Shown here: positions 45,478 through 54,913 of the stretch, in pieces
Position numbering within the stretch: the stretch's first letter is position 1
How the letters are laid out: each line of letters starts with the position of its first letter
NCBI GenBank assembly: GCA_028282785.1
Contig: JANQHE010000061.1
Location: forward strand, 195,170-259,169
Origin: Bacteroidales bacterium
Lineage (GTDB): Bacteria > Bacteroidota > Bacteroidia > Bacteroidales > UBA12077
Reading direction: 5' to 3'
DNA length: 64,000 bases
Position numbers and translations under genes: made by a program
Notes under the pieces: generated by a model
What the model was told of the DNA's origin: nothing
Seen by the model: the letters and a program-made list of their open reading frames with translations, nothing else
Database searches by the model: none

Positions 45478-46527
45478 TTACTTGATAACTTTAACTTTTG
45501 AGCGGTTGCGAAGTGTTTCGAATCCTTTTATAACTAAACGATCGTTTTTCTCCAAGCCAGAGATTATTTGTACTTCATCAGGATTTTCTAACCCGAAAGT
45601 TACAATACGTTCCTGAGCTAATCCTTTATCAACCACAAATACGGTACTTCCTCTTTGTTTAGCGAGAATCACATCTTTAGGTATTACGATTGTACTATCA
45701 ACCGATGCTACTATGATTTCGCCTTTTGCAAACATTCCCGGACGCAATAATAAACCGGAATTAGAAACGTCAATAACCGTTTTAAATGATCTGGTATCTG
45801 CATCAATAGCCGGAGATATTTGGGCTACTTTTCCAACCAATGTATCTTCAGGAATGGTGTAATTCGTAATTTTTACTTTTTGCCCAACTTTTACAAAACT
45901 TAGGTCCTTTTCCGCCAGGCTAATTTCCATATATAATTTACTATAATCCATTAACTTAAACATTAGTGAATTGGCAACAACTCTTGTACCCGGTGTGTAA
46001 TATGGCAAATCTACTATTACACCTGAAAAAGGGGCCTTAATATGCATCTTTTCCAAACGGATTAGGGCATCTTTATAACTATAATCGGCATTTATATAAT
46101 TAATTTCTGCATTTTTAAGTTCACTCAAAGTAACTCCACCTTTTTCGTAAAGAGATTGTTGTTTTTCGAAAGTTTGTTTCGTGATCTCTAGGTTTAGCTT
46201 TAATGAAAGAATCTTGATGTTATTTTCATATTCATCATCCTTCAAATAGATAATTTTATCGCCTTCATTAACCTTATCGCCTAAAGCATATTTTTTACCG
46301 GTAGTTGGATTGATCATAAGGTTATATTCACCGGCAATTTCGGATTTAAAGTTTATTTCTTTTACCGGATTAACTGTACCGGTAGTTTCAATAAATTTTT
46401 CAATTGACTGTAGTTTCAAATCCTGTACTGAAACCGGAACAGATATATCTTTATTTAAATCCTTTTCTTCGTTATTACACGATGCAAACATGATGATTGC
46501 GGCTAAGATTATAACTATTTTTCTCAT
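45478..46527 (-). CDS. Efflux membrane fusion protein (HlyD/AcrA family), lipoprotein
   Basis: Lipobox MFASC after the Met at 46527 (preferred over the track start at 46581), then coiled-coil and beta-barrel regions typical of MFPs. Confidence 0.85.
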   Translation of the reverse strand: MRKIVIILAAIIMFASCNNEEKDLNKDISVPVSVQDLKLQSIEKFIETTGTVNPVKEINFKSEIAGEYNLMINPTTGKKYALGDKVNEGDKIIYLKDDEYENNIKILSLKLNLEITKQTFEKQQSLYEKGGVTLSELKNAEINYINADYSYKDALIRLEKMHIKAPFSGVIVDLPYYTPGTRVVANSLMFKLMDYSKLYMEISLAEKDLSFVKVGQKVKITNYTIPEDTLVGKVAQISPAIDADTRSFKTVIDVSNSGLLLRPGMFAKGEIIVASVDSTIVIPKDVILAKQRGSTVFVVDKGLAQERIVTFGLENPDEVQIISGLEKNDRLVIKGFETLRNRSKVKVIK

Positions 46528-46552
46528 TGTGTATTTAATTTTTATTGTTTTC

Positions 46553-46610
46553 TTTTTTTGAACGCAGATGCCACGGATCAATATATTGAGCGCGGATAAC
46601 CGCTGATTTT
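46553..46610 (-). repeat. Family-B flanking repeat, downstream copy
   Basis: tgaacgcagatgccacggatcaatatattgagcgcggataaccgctgatttt. It has 5 mismatches over 52 nt against 47021..47080. Confidence 0.85.
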
Positions 46611-47010
46611 AACTATTTATCGCTTTAATATTTTTTCTTTTATTTTCAAATACTTTTCTTACAAATTCAGGCTTTTTGCCAAAATTTAGAAGTAAACCAA
46701 CTTCTTTGTCAGTTGCTCGTAAGTAGTTTAATAATTGCCATTCAAACTCTTCAACAATATATTCTGTAGCTTTTAGTTCAAGAATTATCAAATCATTTAC
46801 AACCAAATCTGCATAATATTCGCCTACTTCGACTCCCTTGTAATGTACTTTTATCTGTTTTTGAGCTTCTACATCAAAACCTTGATTTTTGAGTTCTAAA
46901 TACAGTGAATTTTGGTATACTTTTTCAAGAAATCCATATCCTAATTCATTGTAAACATTGTAAAATGTTTTAAGAATTTTATCAGTCAGTTCTTTATGTA
47001 TTAGGTTCAT
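46609..47010 (-). CDS. GxxExxY family protein (second paralog)
   Basis: Motif GYGFLEKVY, plus ...DLVVNDLIILELK.... The ATG at 47010 is preferred over the track start at 47037. Confidence 0.8.
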   Translation of the reverse strand: MNLIHKELTDKILKTFYNVYNELGYGFLEKVYQNSLYLELKNQGFDVEAQKQIKVHYKGVEVGEYYADLVVNDLIILELKATEYIVEEFEWQLLNYLRATDKEVGLLLNFGKKPEFVRKVFENKRKNIKAINS

Positions 47011-47020
47011 TACTTTTATA

Positions 47021-47080
47021 TTTTTTTTTGAATGCAAATGCCGCGGATCAATAAATTGAACGCGGATAACCGCTGATTTT
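47021..47080 (-). repeat. Family-B flanking repeat, upstream copy
   Basis: tgaatgcaaatgccgcggatcaataaattgaacgcggataaccgctgatttt, 10 nt upstream of the GxxExxY start codon. Confidence 0.85.
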
Positions 47081-47155
47081 TATCGTCCTGATTTTACATT
47101 TTGTTTTATATGTTGTGTTCATCTTATTTTCTAATCTGTTTGATTATCGTTCTAA

Positions 47156-48679
47156 TTAATTCGTATCGGATGATCTTATATTGTTTTGTAATTCCTGCGG
47201 AACAAATGATCTTCCATTTTCAAAATCCCAGAGCGATTGTATTTTCATGTTAAGCAACTCCAGTTTATAGTTTATGAGAGCATTTGCCAGATTCATTTTT
47301 TTCTGAGATAACTGGTTTTGGTACCTTTCCAGGTCGATACTGGTTAGATCTCCATTTTTGTACCTCTCCAGGTTTATATCATATGTTAATTGTGCATTTT
47401 TTTCGTTTTGTTCGGCAATTTTAATTTGCGAGTTTAAATTTTGAAGGTTTCTGAACACCTGCCTGATATTGATAACAATATTATCTTCTAAGGTTTTCAG
47501 GTCTAGTTCTCTGGATTCAATTGCAAGCTCTGCAGCACGTATTCTGGCTTTTCTTTCACCCCAGTCGAATACCGGAATGGAGAATGTAATTCCGACTTGA
47601 GGGCTTCGCGTAGGTTTTTCATAAACATTTGCAAAGTCTTCATTATTACCCATAATTCCAACCGAAAGATCCACATCACCTCTAAATTCATTTGTAGCAG
47701 AAGTTTCGATTAAGTCAAACTGAGCATTGTTCAAATCAATTTTTCTTTGTGATATTTCTAATCTTTGAGATAGCCCATTTTCTATAGCCTTTTCTAAATC
47801 AACAATAACGGGAGTATATTGTATATCTGTTTCAATTTCTACTTCCTCATATAATGAAATACCTATTAAACGCTTGAATTGGTCTTTTGAATTTTCTAGA
47901 TCAACCTTTGCATTTTCAAGGTTTGACTGGCTGGTTGCATAGTTCAATTCGCCTTGTAATAATTCCTCCTGTGCTGATAACCCTGCTTCAACTTTACTTT
48001 TTATAATTTCAAAACTTATTTTCTGGTTTTCAAATTCTTCTTCAGCAATTTGAACAGCCATTTGTTTTTGGTAAATTGCATAAAAAGCCTGGGTTACTTG
48101 CTGTTCAATACTAAGCATTTGGATTGAATAGGAGAGCGTAGCATTTTCAAGAGACAATTGCTGTCTTTCCAAATTCATTTTGGTTTTATTATATGTAAAT
48201 AAAGGTTGATTATAGCTTAAATATAAATTATTATTAAATCCCTCGTAGGTATTCGTAGTTTTTGTCGGGTTTAACGGATCAGTGAAATTATCAAACGTTT
48301 CAGTTGAGGTTGATTTATATTCGAAATCATTTCTTAATGATAAAGTACCATCTGTCCATTTAATAGGTTGTGAAATGACCAATCCGGCATTTGATAGTGT
48401 ATTTTCTGATGTGTACCACTGTGAATAATATTCGTCGTAAGTTTCACTATTTGAATACCGAATCGGTGTAACATTCAATGAAAAATGAGATTTAAGCATG
48501 GCCAATTGGGCATTTAAATACTCCCGGTTTTGTTCCATGGTTAGCCTGGATTGCTTAATATCAGGGCTATTTTCGAGAGCTGTACTCATGGCATCCTTAA
48601 GGGTTAATACCATTTGGCCTTTTGTTATCAAACCACTTATTATTAGTGTGCTTGTTATAAATATTTTTATTCTTAACAT
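47156..48679 (-). CDS. TolC-like outer membrane efflux protein
   Basis: 507 aa with a signal peptide and two repeats of the OEP pattern (LTLKDAMSTALENSPDIKQ...; coiled-coil rich). Confidence 0.85.
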   Translation of the reverse strand: MLRIKIFITSTLIISGLITKGQMVLTLKDAMSTALENSPDIKQSRLTMEQNREYLNAQLAMLKSHFSLNVTPIRYSNSETYDEYYSQWYTSENTLSNAGLVISQPIKWTDGTLSLRNDFEYKSTSTETFDNFTDPLNPTKTTNTYEGFNNNLYLSYNQPLFTYNKTKMNLERQQLSLENATLSYSIQMLSIEQQVTQAFYAIYQKQMAVQIAEEEFENQKISFEIIKSKVEAGLSAQEELLQGELNYATSQSNLENAKVDLENSKDQFKRLIGISLYEEVEIETDIQYTPVIVDLEKAIENGLSQRLEISQRKIDLNNAQFDLIETSATNEFRGDVDLSVGIMGNNEDFANVYEKPTRSPQVGITFSIPVFDWGERKARIRAAELAIESRELDLKTLEDNIVINIRQVFRNLQNLNSQIKIAEQNEKNAQLTYDINLERYKNGDLTSIDLERYQNQLSQKKMNLANALINYKLELLNMKIQSLWDFENGRSFVPQELQNNIRSSDTN

Positions 48680-48724
48680 ATTTATTTATTTAATCATTTT
48701 ATATTTTACTATTTGTTTTAAACA

Positions 48725-48770
48725 CTGACAGGCCTTTCTAACCCAGAATCCAACTCACAGGCTCTGTCAG
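48725..48770. other. Intergenic hairpin between the ABC module and the TolC-like gene
   Basis: ctgacaggcc / ggc(t)ctgtcag: a 10-bp stem with one bulge and a 25-nt loop. Confidence 0.5.
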
Positions 48771-48779
48771 GTTTTGCAT

Positions 48780-51700
48780 TTAATCGTTTTTAACCCATTT
48801 TATAGCATCTGAAAAAATCATTTTACTTACTGATTTATTTGTTTGTTCAACTTTTGCATTTTCCGGTGATATGTAAAAAGTTCCCATGTAGTTCCATCCG
48901 GCATCCAGTTCCTCATCCATCAACGTGATTTCTTCAACTCCATCATTATTGTGAATTTTAAAGTTATAGCTAGGTTTACGTTTATCACGGTTCCATTCGA
49001 TATTTATTTTTGCAATATGACAATAAAGATCATAATACCCGGCTTCATCTAATTCGGGAACCCATTCGGTGGTCCTTTCGTTTTCTCCTGACCTGGTGTA
49101 CATTGCGGAGCGTATATATTTTCCATAAAATCCGGTTCTTAAGACAGGTTTCCAAACAGGTGGTGGATTCCAGAAATGTAGTCCTGAATATTTATAACGA
49201 TCTTCTTTGTTTTTATTGATCAATACTTTTAAATAACTTTCATTTGATTCCTGAAAAACTTCAAACTTTGGGTCTTCATTATCAACTATAAATTCATTTT
49301 CATTGGCTAAATCAGTAAATAATGGATATTTTTTTATACCATCAAAAACCGGTATTTTTTTAAGTTCGTCAAATCCTGAAAATTCATAGATCAAATTATT
49401 GGGAAGGTTCTCGGATATATTAGTGAAGATATTCATTCGAGTGGGTTCTGTGGGAAATAATACTCCATACTCAATAGCCGATTCTGCCGGAAGAAATATT
49501 TTCTTAGAATAATCAGGTTGTTCCGGCCCATCATCTGAAAAGCTTCGTACATTGCTTTTATCATCCAAATCGATGGTCATGGTAATGATACCATCAATTT
49601 TCTCAGGGTTAGCTATTTTGCACCGAACCTGGTATTTTGTATACTCTCCGTCGAGTACTTTGTAGGTTTCCAAATCTTTAATTAAAAATCCAGGCATTTC
49701 TGTTTTGGTATACCAGTCTTCTATTTCACTACCAATCGGATCATTGAAAGTTTGTGATATTATGCTTTCTAATTCTTCAAACGGGAATGACTGATGATAG
49801 TTTGATGTAATTAACCGGTTAATTATATTGTTGAAATTTTCATCACCATAACGTGCCCTGAAAAGTGAGAATAAATAATCACCCTTTGCCAGGATGATAT
49901 CATTTATGGTCAGCTGGTCATCGTCATCATCCAGGCTTTCATCTTTTTCAACACCTGTTTTGATAAGATCTTCCAAACCGGATTCCATTAATTCCAGGTT
50001 GATTTTTTCTCCTTCACTAATTCCCCTCCAGAACCAACGGTATGATGAAACATTGTTTACATTTCGTTCTCGTAGATAAACTTCGAGTGCCAGATTCAGA
50101 ATTGGAAATTCTTCCGATTCTATTTGTGTAACTTGGCTGAAATAATGTGGAATTAAGCTGTAAGTGTATTTGTCAACAACATTTTCGAACTGGTACCATT
50201 CGGTTGGTGGTGCCATTAAGTTTCCTCTTACAAACCGTTTAAATATTCGGCACTGAAGCTCTTCCGGAGAAACTTCTTCGTTGTTTTCTTTCATTCGTTC
50301 TTCGAAACGGTTCTTACGTTTTACGAAGTCTGTTTCTTCCATGATTACACCTTTTTCCGGGTATAATATTATTTCCGGTTGCACAGCATCGCTTGTTACT
50401 GACCAGATGTGCTTATCTAAAGCAAAATGAATAGGAATTTCAACAAGTGAAAATCGGTTAAATCCATATTTTAGGTTAAGCAATGTTTCGTATTCATCTC
50501 TCAGTTCACGTATGATAGCTGGCATTGTATCCTTAAATTCAGTGAAATGCTCCAAATAAAAATCATTGCCTTTGGTTGAATAGATACTGTATTCAACAGA
50601 ATCAACCGTGATAGAATATTTATCGTATTCTGCAATAGTTAAACTAATTTTTGGCAGGGCATAATCATTTATAAAAGTAAAAGTCCCATTTTCGTGGTTT
50701 GTTGCATTACCCTGAGATACAGCAAGCAAATCAGGAAAGGTTTTAACGGTTAACTCAAATTGAGTAAAATCTTCTTTAAAATAAGCTGGTTTATTGGGTG
50801 CATATGTCACTCCGGCCTTTGGATACCACAATGATTCACTGGTTAAGCATACAAAGTCTTCCTGAATATATGCAAAACGTTTTTGAGCTTTAAAAATTTC
50901 AAGAGCAAAATTATCTTCATATTTTTCAGGTTGCTGATCTAAAAAGCATATATTTTCATTTATAGTACCGTGGTAATTAATTTCTATTTTGAGATTTTGC
51001 TCAGGTTTTAAACCTTGATTGTATTTGATCTTAATTAAATGTTTTTCTCTTTCGAATTGAGTTGGTACAGTGCCAACTTTTATTTCATTGATTTTTAAAT
51101 CAGGATTTAAACTGAACAATATAGTTTCGATGTTTTTCTCTGAATTATTAAAAACATTCATTAGACATTTAACATTTATTTCATTCCCAAGATGTTCTAA
51201 TTCAATATTGCAAGCATCAATTTGCACTACAGGTTCGTTTGAATACTTATTATTGATTGCAATAAATTCTTCTTTTTGCTTTAAAACATCCTTCTTTAGG
51301 TTTACATAAAAAAATCCAAAATAAACTCCAAGGGCAAGAAACATAAGAGCCAACGATAATGGAAAAATTCCCGAAGATTTAGATTGAGGGAGCCTGTTTA
51401 GTTTAAATACGGTAAACAATATTAGCCCAATTCCTATAAAAAAATATATCCCACGATGAACAGTTATTGCAGCCAGATCTCCAAAGCCGGCAATCATAGA
51501 ATTCATCATTGGAATTTTAAAGGCTATATAATCAAAAAGGTGGTAAAACTTCTCATCTAAATAAAAAATGGTAACCGCTATATAACCAAGCAGTATTATA
51601 AATGTAATTGCCTGGTTTTTTAGAAGTGTCATTAACAAAAATGAAAGCCCCAGAATAAAAACTAGTGTCGGAATACTTATTAAAAGAGGGTATAGAAAGA

Positions 51701-52136
51701 ATTCCCCAATTCCTTTAGCAGAGTCAGCACTTAGGAAAGAGAATCCGATTCCCATTATTAAAAGGATCAGGTTTAAAATGATAAATACCGATAATATTCC
51801 TAATGTTTTACCTAATATATATTGCCCGTTGGTCATTGACCTTGCATAGATAACCTCAACGGTATCATTTTTCCGGTCTTGTTTTAAGAACTCCGAAGCA
51901 AGAAATACAGCCACTATTGCCTGACCTAAATTTAAAATTATGAGGTTGGCATATGGAATGGCTGCCGGCAAAGCTCTGTACAACCATGGAGCACCGCTTT
52001 TTTCAACAAAAACTGCAACATTGAAAATACCTAACCCAATAATATAAAGCCCTGCAAAAATCCTAAAGAACCAACTTCGAAGCAAGGTTTTCATTTCGAA
52101 TTGTGAAACAATTCTTATGGTTTGAATTGAACTCAT
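48780..52136 (-). CDS. ABC-2-type permease fused to a large (~830 aa) extracytoplasmic domain that may be a catalytically dead M1-aminopeptidase-like domain
   Basis: The N-terminal ~280 aa is multi-TM. The rest is soluble. There is no HExxH anywhere in the protein. CRIFKRFVRGNLMAP sits where an M1 HELAHQWFGNLVT motif would be expected (by-eye alignment only). Confidence 0.6.
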   Translation of the reverse strand: MSSIQTIRIVSQFEMKTLLRSWFFRIFAGLYIIGLGIFNVAVFVEKSGAPWLYRALPAAIPYANLIILNLGQAIVAVFLASEFLKQDRKNDTVEVIYARSMTNGQYILGKTLGILSVFIILNLILLIMGIGFSFLSADSAKGIGEFFLYPLLISIPTLVFILGLSFLLMTLLKNQAITFIILLGYIAVTIFYLDEKFYHLFDYIAFKIPMMNSMIAGFGDLAAITVHRGIYFFIGIGLILFTVFKLNRLPQSKSSGIFPLSLALMFLALGVYFGFFYVNLKKDVLKQKEEFIAINNKYSNEPVVQIDACNIELEHLGNEINVKCLMNVFNNSEKNIETILFSLNPDLKINEIKVGTVPTQFEREKHLIKIKYNQGLKPEQNLKIEINYHGTINENICFLDQQPEKYEDNFALEIFKAQKRFAYIQEDFVCLTSESLWYPKAGVTYAPNKPAYFKEDFTQFELTVKTFPDLLAVSQGNATNHENGTFTFINDYALPKISLTIAEYDKYSITVDSVEYSIYSTKGNDFYLEHFTEFKDTMPAIIRELRDEYETLLNLKYGFNRFSLVEIPIHFALDKHIWSVTSDAVQPEIILYPEKGVIMEETDFVKRKNRFEERMKENNEEVSPEELQCRIFKRFVRGNLMAPPTEWYQFENVVDKYTYSLIPHYFSQVTQIESEEFPILNLALEVYLRERNVNNVSSYRWFWRGISEGEKINLELMESGLEDLIKTGVEKDESLDDDDDQLTINDIILAKGDYLFSLFRARYGDENFNNIINRLITSNYHQSFPFEELESIISQTFNDPIGSEIEDWYTKTEMPGFLIKDLETYKVLDGEYTKYQVRCKIANPEKIDGIITMTIDLDDKSNVRSFSDDGPEQPDYSKKIFLPAESAIEYGVLFPTEPTRMNIFTNISENLPNNLIYEFSGFDELKKIPVFDGIKKYPLFTDLANENEFIVDNEDPKFEVFQESNESYLKVLINKNKEDRYKYSGLHFWNPPPVWKPVLRTGFYGKYIRSAMYTRSGENERTTEWVPELDEAGYYDLYCHIAKINIEWNRDKRKPSYNFKIHNNDGVEEITLMDEELDAGWNYMGTFYISPENAKVEQTNKSVSKMIFSDAIKWVKND

Positions 52137-52138
52137 AG

Positions 52139-53029
52139 TTAAAAGCTGTTTTTGTTGGTTAAGTATTCCATAAAATAAACATAGGCATGTTCGAGGTTGG
52201 GTTCAATTTCAACTTTGTTTTTAACATCCAGTTTATCGCCGACCAATTGAACTTCCCAACCATCTTCTGCCGGTATAGTGGAAATTATGGCATATTTTTC
52301 TTTAAGCATTTCGTATTCAAAGCCAGAAGTTGTAACCTGCCAAACGTGGCCTTTTGTTTTATTAATTAACTCTTCCGGCGAACCTTTAAATCCTACTTCA
52401 CCTTTGTTTAAAAGAGCCAGATCTTTACAAACGCTGGAAATATCTCCAACTATATGTGTTGACAGAATAATGATCACATCTTTTTGACTTAATTCCGACA
52501 GTATATTTCTAAAACGAATTCGTTCTTCAGGATCTAATCCTGTTGTTGGTTCATCAACTATTATAATTTGAGGATCGCCTATGAGTGCCTGTGCAATTCC
52601 AAGCCTTCTTTTCATACCTCCGGAAAGCTTGTTAGCGCTCCGGTCACGAACATCAAATAAGCCAACTTTATCCAGCCATTCATCAACTTTTTCAGATCGT
52701 TCTTTTTTATTGCTAATCCCGGATAATCCGGCAGCATAACTAAGAAATTCCCATGTTTTTAGTTTTGTGAAAAAGCGAAAGTCTTGCGGTAGGTAACCTA
52801 ACATTCTGCGTATTTCTCCCCTGTTTTTTTGTAGGTCAAAGCCATTTACGCTTACTACTCCATCGGTTGGTTTCATTAAGGTTACTAATATTCTCATCAG
52901 ACTGGATTTACCTGCTCCATTTGGCCCCAATAAGCCAAACATACCATTCTCTATTTCGAGGTTTACATTGAAAAGGGCACGTTTGCCATTTTTATATATT
53001 TTATCAAGATTTTCTATTCGAATTTTCAT
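52139..53029 (-). CDS. ABC transporter ATP-binding protein (ABC-2/CcmA-like, with a C-terminal accessory domain)
   Basis: Walker A GPNGAGKSS, signature LSGGMKRR, Walker B IIIVDEPTTGLD. Its stop lies 2 nt before the permease start. Confidence 0.92.
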   Translation of the reverse strand: MKIRIENLDKIYKNGKRALFNVNLEIENGMFGLLGPNGAGKSSLMRILVTLMKPTDGVVSVNGFDLQKNRGEIRRMLGYLPQDFRFFTKLKTWEFLSYAAGLSGISNKKERSEKVDEWLDKVGLFDVRDRSANKLSGGMKRRLGIAQALIGDPQIIIVDEPTTGLDPEERIRFRNILSELSQKDVIIILSTHIVGDISSVCKDLALLNKGEVGFKGSPEELINKTKGHVWQVTTSGFEYEMLKEKYAIISTIPAEDGWEVQLVGDKLDVKNKVEIEPNLEHAYVYFMEYLTNKNSF

Positions 53030-53120
53030 TTGCCTAAATCTAATTTAGCATACCATGACAATTATTTTTAATATAAAGTATGACGCTTTAAACTATTTTC
53101 CGTTACACTAACTTTTGCTT

Positions 53121-53744
53121 TTACCAAGAAGTAATTCTTGCTTTTTCGGATTTTTCTAAATTTCTTACTTTAAACTTACCCCTGATGCGAAGGCTGGAAG
53201 TATCATTTAAGAAACCTTCCAAAATATTTACATTTGGATAAATATTTAAGTTTGATTTATCGGAGCAATCAATATTTAAATAGTTTATCGTGTATTTAAT
53301 CTTTTTTTCAGGTTCTTCCGCAGGGTTTTTCGTATTATAAATAAACAAATCACTTTCATCATTTAGAATAGTTTTTAAAGAATCTAAAGAAGATTCAGTG
53401 TAATACCTTAATGTAGAATTACCGGCGATTTTTATATTTTTAATGGTTGGGTTTGAAATACTAATTACATTCCTATGTTTACCATTTTTCTTTAGTACTA
53501 ACGTATTTTTGGTTTGTGAAATTAGATGCTTAATACTGTCATTGCTGATAGTGACTTGTGTTATGGTATCCTCCTGCAATTCAACAACCCAACCGGAATG
53601 TATTTCCAAATTACTAAAAAAATCATAGTTGTAAGTAAATTTTTCAGCGTCTATTATCGTAGACTTTACTTTAAGTTGGACAATAATCATTATAAAAATT
53701 GATATCAACAGAAGGCTAAATAATATGATATTGCTTTTTTTCAT
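53121..53744 (-). CDS. Membrane-anchored hypothetical protein (beta-rich; possibly DUF2807/GIN-like)
   Basis: 207 aa with an N-terminal TM helix and repetitive N/S/I-rich strands. The family assignment is a guess. Confidence 0.4.
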   Translation of the reverse strand: MKKSNIILFSLLLISIFIMIIVQLKVKSTIIDAEKFTYNYDFFSNLEIHSGWVVELQEDTITQVTISNDSIKHLISQTKNTLVLKKNGKHRNVISISNPTIKNIKIAGNSTLRYYTESSLDSLKTILNDESDLFIYNTKNPAEEPEKKIKYTINYLNIDCSDKSNLNIYPNVNILEGFLNDTSSLRIRGKFKVRNLEKSEKARITSW

Positions 53745-53760
53745 TGCTTTAAAATTTCAA

Positions 53761-54144
53761 TTATTTGTTTTGAATGTAATTCTTATACAATTCTTCCAAA
53801 TCTTTAAACTCAATATCCAGCAAACGAATTGTTTTAAAAATTTGCGGTAGTTCTTCTTTAATAAATTCTTCTTTGCGAAGTTTAAGAGTTGCTTTATAAG
53901 CATCTTCTGCAAGAAAATAACCAATGCCTCTTTTATTAAATATAATTCCTTTTTCTTGTAAAAAATTATAGGTTCTCATAACTGTATTTGGGTTTACTTC
54001 TGTGTTAATTGCCAATTCTCTAACAGATGGAATTCTATCTCCACCGTTCCATTTCTTCATCAGGATTTCATCCAGGAATAAATCCGTAATTTGAAGGTAT
54101 ATCGCTTTATTATCGTTGAATTCCATTTTAATATTCCTTTTCAT
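53761..54144 (-). CDS. GntR-family (YtrA-subfamily size) transcriptional regulator
   Basis: 127 aa with the winged HTH IPSVRELAINTEVNPNTVMRTYNFLQEKGII. It is embedded in an ABC transporter operon, as YtrA-type regulators usually are. Confidence 0.85.
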   Translation of the reverse strand: MKRNIKMEFNDNKAIYLQITDLFLDEILMKKWNGGDRIPSVRELAINTEVNPNTVMRTYNFLQEKGIIFNKRGIGYFLAEDAYKATLKLRKEEFIKEELPQIFKTIRLLDIEFKDLEELYKNYIQNK

Positions 54145-54913
54145 TAAGTTTTAAATATGATGTAAACCAGAATATTATGGGTAGTATATAAAATAACCCT
54201 AACTTAAAAATGAACTCATTTTGCTTTATATAGGTTTCTATACTTCTTTCAAAGAATTGATTTTTAACATCAGCAGGAAATATAATTTTACCTGTTATTT
54301 CAGTACTTATGGAAAAAAAGGTGATTATAATAAATCCTGCAATAGGAGTAAGGATCAAAGGATACTTCTTAAAGGTTGTAGCACCTAAAAAATATGCACT
54401 TTGAATAAGAATGAATATGAGTAATACCAGTGTAAAGTTTTCATCCTGAAGGTTTAATCCACTAAATTCCAAACCATAAATCCTAAGTACTATCCAATTA
54501 AAAAAGCTTGAGTAAGTTAAATAGCTTACCAACATAAATAATACGTAAGCTATTAATGAGATCAATATGTTAACAAAGAATTTTTCAAAAGTTGACCCTG
54601 GTGTGAGAAGGTAAAAATGCGATTTCATTTTATCCCGTAACTCAATGAATGAAAAACTTGATATGAATGCACCTCCAAGAAATAACATCACAAAGAAAAT
54701 AACAAAGTGAAATGACTCTAATATATGTTTTCTAAATTCTTCTTCTCCAAATTCAAACACCAGAAACATAATTATGGTGAATAAGCTGAACATAGCGCCG
54801 AGAATTAAAAGGTCCCGTTTAAGGTTTATATGAGCCTCTCTTCTTAATAAATGTGCAAACCTTTTTATATTGAAAAAACTATTTTTATTCATGTTTTTAT
54901 TCGTTAAAAGCAT
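54128..54913 (-). CDS. Multi-TM membrane protein (putative permease partner of the upstream ATPase)
   Basis: 261 aa with about 6 hydrophobic helices. It overlaps both neighbours by 17 nt. Confidence 0.55.
   Translation of the reverse strand: MLLTNKNMNKNSFFNIKRFAHLLRREAHINLKRDLLILGAMFSLFTIIMFLVFEFGEEEFRKHILESFHFVIFFVMLFLGGAFISSFSFIELRDKMKSHFYLLTPGSTFEKFFVNILISLIAYVLFMLVSYLTYSSFFNWIVLRIYGLEFSGLNLQDENFTLVLLIFILIQSAYFLGATTFKKYPLILTPIAGFIIITFFSISTEITGKIIFPADVKNQFFERSIETYIKQNEFIFKLGLFYILPIIFWFTSYLKLNEKEY

Noticed and set aside
41735-47080. Possible CRISPR-like or array-like repeats (families A and B).
   Set aside because: Each family has only two direct copies in this stretch (family A also has a degenerate relative at 45347..45393). 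The copies flank a protein-coding gene of ~380-400 bp rather than short spacers, and no cas genes are present.
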